DNA of 45,573 nt from a virus. Below are positions 39,358 to 45,573 of this stretch, one piece after another. The stretch lies in the IMG/VR virus record IMGVR_UViG_3300035156_000171, positions 1 to 45,573 of that record. The stretch is one strand, 5' to 3'. The notes under the pieces are model-generated. The model was not told where the DNA came from and made no database searches. It saw nothing but the letters and a program-made list of their open reading frames with translations. A program made the translations under genes and the position numbers. The stretch's first letter is position 1; every line of letters starts with the position of its first letter.

Positions 39358-42300
39358 ATGGCCGGATTGTTCGACGCTGCCGTTGAGGATGTCGCGGCAA
39401 GCGAGGACATGACGGCCCGCGCGGCGACGCCGGGTTCGACGCTGGCACCTCCCGCGCCGGCCTCCTCCGGCTCGCCGCTGGGCTCGACCGGGTTCGAAGA
39501 ATTGCCGGACCCGGCGAACGCGCCGGCCGCGACGCCTGCCCGCTCGATGTTCTCGGCCGCGGTCGATGACGTGGCGAACGACGACAACGCCCGTCTGTCC
39601 GGGGCGCTGGAGATGGCGCGCGCGTCCGACCCGGCGAAGTATGCGGAGGCGCGGGCAATTGCCGATCGCGACGCCCTGCCGATGGAATTCGTGACGGCTA
39701 ACCTCGATGATCTGAAATCGAGGCAGACGGCGAACGACATGCGCCGCGTTCTCGAAGACACGCCCGCGCTCAAGCAATGGTTCCTGACCGGCGACAACGC
39801 AAACGTCGTGAAGCGCGACGACTTGCACAAGCTTTCGGGCCTCGATCACCTGCTCGCGTCGAGCGCGGCCGGCTGGTCTGAGGGCTGGGATCAGCGGCAG
39901 TCGGCGGACATCCGATACCGCCAGATTTTCGGACGCGCATCGGCGGCCGAGATTGCCAGGGCGGACGCGGCGGACAAGCAAGAGGCGCGAGACTTCGGCG
40001 CGGAAGGGTTCTTCCAGGGCGCACCGGCCGCATTCTCCAAGATGCTGCCCGGCTTGCTGGGGTCGACCTCTGCCGGCCTCGCGCGCGCGTCTCAGACGGC
40101 ACCGGCCGGCGCGGCGCTCGGGGCGCTCGGCGCTGGCCCGGCGGGGGCGGCGGCGGGGTTCGCGACAGGCGCGGCGGTGGGCGTCACGGCCGGACGCCTG
40201 GAGGATAATTTTCGGCAGGAAGCCGGCGGGGCCTACTCCGAATTCCTGCGGATAAAGACGGACGACGGCGCGGGCCTCGACCCGGACATCGCCAAGGCGG
40301 CAGCGCTGATCGCGGGCATGGCGTCGGCCGGTCTGGAAACGATCGGCGAGGCGGCGATCGAGCGGATGGTTCCGGGCCTCGACAAGATCGGCGTGGCCTC
40401 GCTGCTCAAGGGCGGATCGCGCGAGGCGCTGAAAGAGGCGATCAAGCAACCATCGATTCGCGCAGCGCTCAAGGCGTTCGGCGGCGGGATCGCCGGAGCG
40501 ATGGGAACCGAGATTGGCACAGAAGTAGCTCAGGAGGGCGTCACGCTCCTTGCCGGGCTTGTGGCGCAGCGAGTGGACGGAGGCGAGTTTCAGGCCGTGG
40601 AAGGCCGAGAGGTGCGCGAGCGTCTAGTCGCTACGGCGACCGAGACGGCGCAGGCGATGCTGATCCTCGCGCCCGCGCTCGGGTCGACCCGGCTCGGTCG
40701 CGACCTTGCCGTTGCCAAGCGGTCGGTCGACATGCGCGAGATGTATCAGCAAGCGCACGACATGGCTGGAGAGACCGAGCTGCGAAAGGTTGCGCCGGAA
40801 CGCTACCTCGACGCGGTCAAGTCGTTCCTGGGCCAGGGCAAGGCAGCGGACACGGTCTACGTGCCGGCCGGCAAGATGACAGAGCTGTTCCAAGAGATGG
40901 GCCTGTCGCCGTCCGACCTCGACGCTCGGATCGACGGGTTCTCCGGTCGGTATGCGGAGGCGGTTGCGACCGGTTCGGATGTGCATATCGACATGGCCGC
41001 ATATCAGACGCACATCGCCGGCACGCCGCTCGGCGAGGCGCTGATCGAGCATCAACGGTGGCACCCGGAGCTTGAGACGGTCGACGAAGCGCGGCGGGCA
41101 TTCGAGGCCGCGCGCGAGCAAACGGACGCCATGCTTGAGGACGCCGTGAACGCGGCGCGCGAGGACGCGGCGAAGGCGGCTCCTCGCCAGCAAGTCGAAA
41201 CGAAGGTCTATGAACTGCTCGTCAACATCGGCGAAAGCCCGGAGGCCGCGCGGACCCAGGCGGCGTTGTACGGCGCGACGTTCGGGACGCTCGGCGAGCG
41301 GGCCGGCGTGTCTCCGCTGGAGCTGTTCGAGGCGCAAGGTCTCGACGTGCGTCGCGCTATGCCGGATGGCCTGGATTATCGCAAGGTCGATGAACTCGAA
41401 ATCGCCATCGACGCGGTGCGCAAGGGCGATGGAGAGCGGGCGCGCAGGGCCCGTGCAAGAGGCCAGGGACAAAGCCTCGCGTCGTTCCTGGCTTCGCGCG
41501 GCGGGCTCGTCGAGACGGATAGCTTCAAGGGCGAGCTGTCTTCGCGTGATTTGCCGAAGGGGCTGATCGGCAAGCCGGACAAGGGGCTCGACCTCGACAG
41601 CGCCGCGTTGGCCGCGCTTGAGGCCGGGTACTTCCCGGACGCTGTGACGGAAGACGGCGGGTTCGATCGAACAGGGTCCGTCGAGGCGTTGCTTGCTGCG
41701 ATCGACGACGAAGTTGCGGGACGCCCGCGTTACACGATCGAGGCGGAAGCGGTGAACATCGATCCGTCGCTTGCGCGGATCGAGGCGCTTGCGGATGAAA
41801 TGGCGATCCTCGGCCTAGACCCGGCGTCGATGACGAACGACGAAATTCGCGCTGAACTCATGAGATCGTCGAGCCCGGACGCTCTGAATGGAGCGCTGTT
41901 TCAGACGGCGGGCCGTCCCGACCTTGCCGGCGACCGTGGCGACAAGCGCGGCTCGATCCAGTTCGGCGACGGCTCGACCATCATCAACCTGTTCCGTGCC
42001 GCGAACCTGTCGACGTTCCTGCACGAAAGCGGCCACCTGTTTTACGAGGTGATGCAGCAAGTCGGCGGGCGCGAGGGTGCGCCGGATCAGCTCGCGACCG
42101 ACCTCGCGACGCTGCACGCCTTCACGGGTGCGGAGGTGGGCAAGCCCATCTCACGCGAGGCGCATGAGAAGTTCGCCAAGGCGTTCGAAACCTACCTCTC
42201 TGAGGGCCGCGCCCCATCCCCTGACCTTGCCGGCGTTTTCGAGCGGTTCAAGTCCTGGCTGATGTTCGTCTACCGCGGCGCGGCCCGCGCGATCGGCCTG

Positions 42301-45300
42301 CCTGCGATCCCGGCTGAAATCCGCGACGTGTTCGATCGCATGCTCGCGACGGACGAGGAAATCGCGGACATCGCGAAAGACCCGTCGTTCCGGCCTGTGT
42401 TCAAGGATGCTGCTGCGGCCGGCATGACTGAGCTGCAATGGTCTCGGTATCAGGCGTCGGCGCAGAACGCGACTGACGCGGCCAAAGGCGAACTCCTGGC
42501 GAAGCTCGTCGGCGAGAAAAAGCGCGAGCAAACGCGCGAGTGGAAGGCGGCCAAGGAAGCCACGCGCGAGGAAGTGTTCGCCGACCTCGCGACGCGGCCG
42601 GTCTATCAGGTCCAGCACTACATCCGCACGGGCGAAATACTGAACGGCGACGGCGTCGTGCCGATCGACTTGGCTGTGCGCCGGCTCGACCGCCAGTGGC
42701 TCGTGAACCGTTTCGGCGCGGGCGTCCTCTCGCGCCTGCCGCGACAAGTTCCGCCGGTCTACACGGACAAGGGCGGCCTCGACCCGGACGAAGTCGCCGA
42801 GTGGTTCGGGTTCACGTCCGGCGAGCACATGGTCGGCGAGATGCTGTCCGCGCCGTCGTTCGCCCGCGCCTTGAACGCTCGGGTCGACGAGCTGATGCGC
42901 GAGCGCAACGGCGACCTGATGTCGAACCAAGCCGCGATGACGGAAGCGGCGACCCAGGCGTTCAACAACGACGAGCGGGGCGTCTTCCTCGAAACCGAGC
43001 TGAAGGCGCTCGCGTCCAAGGCCAAGGGTTCGCCCGGAAACCCAATGCCGAGGCAACAGGCACGCGCCACGGCCCGCGAGCTGATCCGGGGTAAGGTTGC
43101 CGCCGAAGCCGGCCGCGTGGCCGTGTACGCCCGCGCTAGGGACAAGGCGGCGCGCGAGGCAGAGCGGGCCGTCCTGACGGGGGACTTCGCGGCGGCCACG
43201 GATGCCAAGCGCCGCCAGTTGTTCCACCATTTCATGACGCAAGAGGCGACCGCCGCGCGCGACGAGGCAGAGGCGACGCGCCGCTACCTCGACAAATTCG
43301 CCAGCCGGAAGCGTCCGCCGGGCGTCGACCCGGAATACCTCGACCAAATCGAAGGGTTGCTGGAGCGGTTCGAATTCAAGCGGTCGACAAGCCTCACGGC
43401 GATCAACCGGCGCAAGTCCCTGTCGGCGTTCGTGCGCGAGCGTGAGGACGCAGGCGACGCCTTCGCGATCCCGGAAGACCTTCTGACGGACGCCCGTTTG
43501 GTCTCGTACAAGGACATGACCATGCTCGATCTCGCGGCGCTCCGCGACGTGGTCAAAAATCTCGAACACCTGGGCCGCCTCAAGGGACAGCTCCTCAACA
43601 AGGGGCGGCGCATCTCCTTCGAAAAGGCGCGCGACGAACTCGTACTACAGGCGCGACGGACGCCGAAGAAAAAGGGGATCAAGGGGCGCAACCCCACGGA
43701 CTGGGAGCGCATGAAAGGCACGGTCGCCGGCCTCGATGCATGGTTGCTCAAGATGCAGACCGTGTTCGATTGGTTGGACCTGGGCGATGTTAACGGCCCG
43801 TTCCAGCGCTTGATCTGGCAGAAGTTCGTCGACGCTCAGAACAAAAAGGGCGAGTTGCAAAAGGAATTCGCGGACAAAATCCAGGCGATCATGACCGGGA
43901 TGCCAAAGGGGTATCTTGCCGAGAAGAAGTCTGTGCCGGCCCGGCCCGAGTTGATGTTCACGCGCTCCGAGCTGTTCGCGATCGCGCTGAACCAAGGCAC
44001 GGAAAGCAACCGGAACAAGCTTCTCAAGGGCGAGACCGTGTCGCGCCTGGAGGGGCGTTCGTTCAACAACGAAGTCGAGATGAATTCTGCGCTGTCACTC
44101 CTGTCGAAGGAAGATTGGGACCGCGTGCAATCCTTGTGGGATTTACTGGAGGGCATGTGGCCGGAGACGGCGGCGCTGGAGAAGCGCATCTCCGGCGTCG
44201 AGCCGCCGCGCCTGGAGCGCCGCGAAGTCATCACGGCGTTCGGCACCTATCGCGGCGGGTATTACCCGATGGTCTACGATCCGCTGGTGTCGGGCGACGT
44301 GGCTCGGCGTGCGGAGGAGGAGGCGGACAAAAAGTTCGACAATGTCTATTCCCGCCCGGCCGTCGCGCACGGTTTCACGAAAGCCCGCGTCGAGGGTTAC
44401 AGCCGGCCGGTGCTGCTCGACCTTCGCGCGCTCACGTCCCACATCGACGGCGTGATTCACAACCTCACGCACCGCGAGGCCGTGCGTGACACGCTCAAGC
44501 TCATAGCGGACCCGACGCTCGAACTCGCTCTGACGGAGACGATGGGGCGCGAGGTGTACGGCGAGATGAACAAGTGGCTCGACCGGATCGCGAAGGATCG
44601 CGGCGACCCGCCGGCCGATACTGTGGCGGCAAATATCCTCCGGCAAGCGAAGACGAATATCAGCGTCTACGCGATGGGGTTCCGGCTCACGACGGCGCTA
44701 TCGCAGTTCGCCGGGTTCGCGAACTCCGTCGAGGTGGTCAAGCCGTCATTCCTGGGCGCGGCGATGATCCATTCGACCCGGCATCCGCGCGAGGCGTGGG
44801 CGCTCGTCCAATCGAAGTCGGGCCAGATGCGCGACCGTGTCAACAATATGGACCGAGACATCCGTGCCGCACTTCGCGCTCTGGAGGGCAAGGACGGCAT
44901 GCTCGACGGGGCGAAGCGTTACGCCTTCATCCTCGTCGCGATGGCCGACAGGGTGGTGACGGTGCCGACTTGGCTCGGGGCCTACAACCAGCACATGGCG
45001 ACGTATCCGGGCGACGAAGCCGGCGGCGTGCGCGCGGGCGATCGGGCCGTCGACCTGTCGCAAGGATCTGGCGCGACCAAAGACCTGTCCTCGATCATGG
45101 GTAATCAGGGCGGCGCGTTTCAGTTCATGACGTTGTTCTATTCGTATTTCAACACGTACTACAATCGGCTGCGGTCTCTCGGCAGAGATACGCGGACGAT
45201 GTTCGCGGACGGAGAATACGAAGACTTGCCGCATCTCCTTGCGCGCTCGGTCGCGCTCGTGATCCTGCCGGCCCTCATGGCGGATTTGCTCGTGGGCAAG

Positions 45301-45573
45301 TGGCCGGAGGAAGACGAGAACGTGGCGTGGTGGGCGCTGCGAAAGTCGGCGCTGTACCCGTTCATGTCCGTTCCGCTGGCGCGCGACATCGCGTCGTCGC
45401 TAGATAGCGGGATGGATTACAGCCTGTCGCCGATCGCCCGGTTCGGCGAGCTGGCCGTAAAGCTGACGAAGGACGGACAGAACGTCATCTCCGGCGAGGG
45501 CGTCGAGGGGCGGCTCGTCGCCAAGCGTGCGGCCGAACTCGCGGGCTACACGTTCGGGTTGCCGCTGGGGCAG
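39358..45573 (+). CDS. Giant internal virion / ejection protein, first 2,072 codons. It continues across the junction to a stop at 233..235 (2,107 aa total) and carries an HExxH zincin-like motif.
   Basis: ATG 39358 lies 14 nt after the upstream stop. The frame stays open to the last base, so with no stop it is missing from the ORF track. GC3-rich codons. Gly/Ala-rich hydrophobic stretch (GAALGALGAGPAGAAAGFATGAAVGVTAG). HESGH at 42022..42036. It follows the gp14-like and SLT/M15 internal proteins. Confidence 0.85.
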   Translation, partial: MAGLFDAAVEDVAASEDMTARAATPGSTLAPPAPASSGSPLGSTGFEELPDPANAPAATPARSMFSAAVDDVANDDNARLSGALEMARASDPAKYAEARAIADRDALPMEFVTANLDDLKSRQTANDMRRVLEDTPALKQWFLTGDNANVVKRDDLHKLSGLDHLLASSAAGWSEGWDQRQSADIRYRQIFGRASAAEIARADAADKQEARDFGAEGFFQGAPAAFSKMLPGLLGSTSAGLARASQTAPAGAALGALGAGPAGAAAGFATGAAVGVTAGRLEDNFRQEAGGAYSEFLRIKTDDGAGLDPDIAKAAALIAGMASAGLETIGEAAIERMVPGLDKIGVASLLKGGSREALKEAIKQPSIRAALKAFGGGIAGAMGTEIGTEVAQEGVTLLAGLVAQRVDGGEFQAVEGREVRERLVATATETAQAMLILAPALGSTRLGRDLAVAKRSVDMREMYQQAHDMAGETELRKVAPERYLDAVKSFLGQGKAADTVYVPAGKMTELFQEMGLSPSDLDARIDGFSGRYAEAVATGSDVHIDMAAYQTHIAGTPLGEALIEHQRWHPELETVDEARRAFEAAREQTDAMLEDAVNAAREDAAKAAPRQQVETKVYELLVNIGESPEAARTQAALYGATFGTLGERAGVSPLELFEAQGLDVRRAMPDGLDYRKVDELEIAIDAVRKGDGERARRARARGQGQSLASFLASRGGLVETDSFKGELSSRDLPKGLIGKPDKGLDLDSAALAALEAGYFPDAVTEDGGFDRTGSVEALLAAIDDEVAGRPRYTIEAEAVNIDPSLARIEALADEMAILGLDPASMTNDEIRAELMRSSSPDALNGALFQTAGRPDLAGDRGDKRGSIQFGDGSTIINLFRAANLSTFLHESGHLFYEVMQQVGGREGAPDQLATDLATLHAFTGAEVGKPISREAHEKFAKAFETYLSEGRAPSPDLAGVFERFKSWLMFVYRGAARAIGLPAIPAEIRDVFDRMLATDEEIADIAKDPSFRPVFKDAAAAGMTELQWSRYQASAQNATDAAKGELLAKLVGEKKREQTREWKAAKEATREEVFADLATRPVYQVQHYIRTGEILNGDGVVPIDLAVRRLDRQWLVNRFGAGVLSRLPRQVPPVYTDKGGLDPDEVAEWFGFTSGEHMVGEMLSAPSFARALNARVDELMRERNGDLMSNQAAMTEAATQAFNNDERGVFLETELKALASKAKGSPGNPMPRQQARATARELIRGKVAAEAGRVAVYARARDKAAREAERAVLTGDFAAATDAKRRQLFHHFMTQEATAARDEAEATRRYLDKFASRKRPPGVDPEYLDQIEGLLERFEFKRSTSLTAINRRKSLSAFVREREDAGDAFAIPEDLLTDARLVSYKDMTMLDLAALRDVVKNLEHLGRLKGQLLNKGRRISFEKARDELVLQARRTPKKKGIKGRNPTDWERMKGTVAGLDAWLLKMQTVFDWLDLGDVNGPFQRLIWQKFVDAQNKKGELQKEFADKIQAIMTGMPKGYLAEKKSVPARPELMFTRSELFAIALNQGTESNRNKLLKGETVSRLEGRSFNNEVEMNSALSLLSKEDWDRVQSLWDLLEGMWPETAALEKRISGVEPPRLERREVITAFGTYRGGYYPMVYDPLVSGDVARRAEEEADKKFDNVYSRPAVAHGFTKARVEGYSRPVLLDLRALTSHIDGVIHNLTHREAVRDTLKLIADPTLELALTETMGREVYGEMNKWLDRIAKDRGDPPADTVAANILRQAKTNISVYAMGFRLTTALSQFAGFANSVEVVKPSFLGAAMIHSTRHPREAWALVQSKSGQMRDRVNNMDRDIRAALRALEGKDGMLDGAKRYAFILVAMADRVVTVPTWLGAYNQHMATYPGDEAGGVRAGDRAVDLSQGSGATKDLSSIMGNQGGAFQFMTLFYSYFNTYYNRLRSLGRDTRTMFADGEYEDLPHLLARSVALVILPALMADLLVGKWPEEDENVAWWALRKSALYPFMSVPLARDIASSLDSGMDYSLSPIARFGELAVKLTKDGQNVISGEGVEGRLVAKRAAELAGYTFGLPLGQ
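45447..45573. repeat. Terminal direct repeat copy B (identical to 1..127)
   Basis: Same 127-nt string as 1..127. It lies inside a coding frame, which fits an assembly overlap of a circular or circularly permuted molecule. Confidence 0.95.

Larger units (their letters stand above)
1..45573. mobile_element. Complete tailed-phage genome (podovirus-type virion module, T7/BPP-1-like gene order), unique length 45,446 bp
   Basis: Full set of TerS/TerL/portal/scaffold/capsid/adaptor/nozzle/internal-protein/lysis genes plus a replication module. No tail tube, sheath or tape-measure genes. The ends overlap by 127 identical nt. Confidence 0.88.

Noticed and set aside
39181-43569. Minus-strand ORFs of 422 aa (39181..40449), 282 aa (40624..41472) and 472 aa (42151..43569)
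   Set aside because: All are antisense to the uninterrupted 2,107-aa plus-strand frame, which has the stronger third-position GC bias. All are Arg-rich artefacts.
1-45573. tRNA genes, CRISPR arrays, integrase/att sites
   Set aside because: T-arm-like GGTTCGAA strings (about 30148 and 39487) lie inside coding frames without cloverleaf partners. There are no spaced direct repeats and no tyrosine or serine recombinase motifs in any ORF.

Overview
The window is one complete, high-GC tailed-phage genome. The first 127 nt are identical to the last 127 nt (1..127 = 45447..45573), so the contig closes on itself with a unique length of 45,446 bp.

Gene layout:
- (i) A long rightward block runs from about 16.8 kb through the junction to 2372. 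It holds about ten small ORFs, an HNH endonuclease, TerS, TerL, four extra virion-module genes, portal, scaffold, major capsid, cement protein, adaptor, beta-helix tailspike and nozzle. It ends with three internal/ejection proteins (170, 1,078 and 2,107 aa) and a lysis cassette.
- (ii) A leftward early operon runs 16515->8471. It encodes an unknown protein, DUF4031, a Spo11/TopoVI-A-like Mini-A, an ASCH fusion, five start/stop-coupled small ORFs and a CHC2-Toprim-VirE primase/helicase.
- (iii) A rightward island at 5126..8491 encodes a Cro-like HTH, a DpdA/TGT-like protein, an SF2 helicase and a VRR-NUC nuclease.
- (iv) A leftward block runs 5047->2369 and encodes a YqaJ exonuclease plus an orphan partner.

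I saw no DNA polymerase, integrase, reverse transcriptase, tRNA or CRISPR array.

Most noteworthy:
- The largest gene (2,107 aa, with an HExxH motif) is absent from the supplied ORF track because it runs off the window end and finishes at 233..235.
- A 17-bp perfect palindrome, GTTGACA-N3-TGTCAAC, occurs four times, always 42-57 bp upstream of a leftward gene.
- A stand-alone Topo-VI-A-like Mini-A sits in the first early operon, between DUF4031 and an ASCH protein.
- A DpdA-like gene has no preQ0 biosynthesis genes alongside it.
- A roughly 310-bp AT-rich divergent control region separates the two main operons.
- The lambda-R-like endolysin has a C-terminal membrane anchor.

All family calls are by-eye motif recognition and need profile or structure searches.
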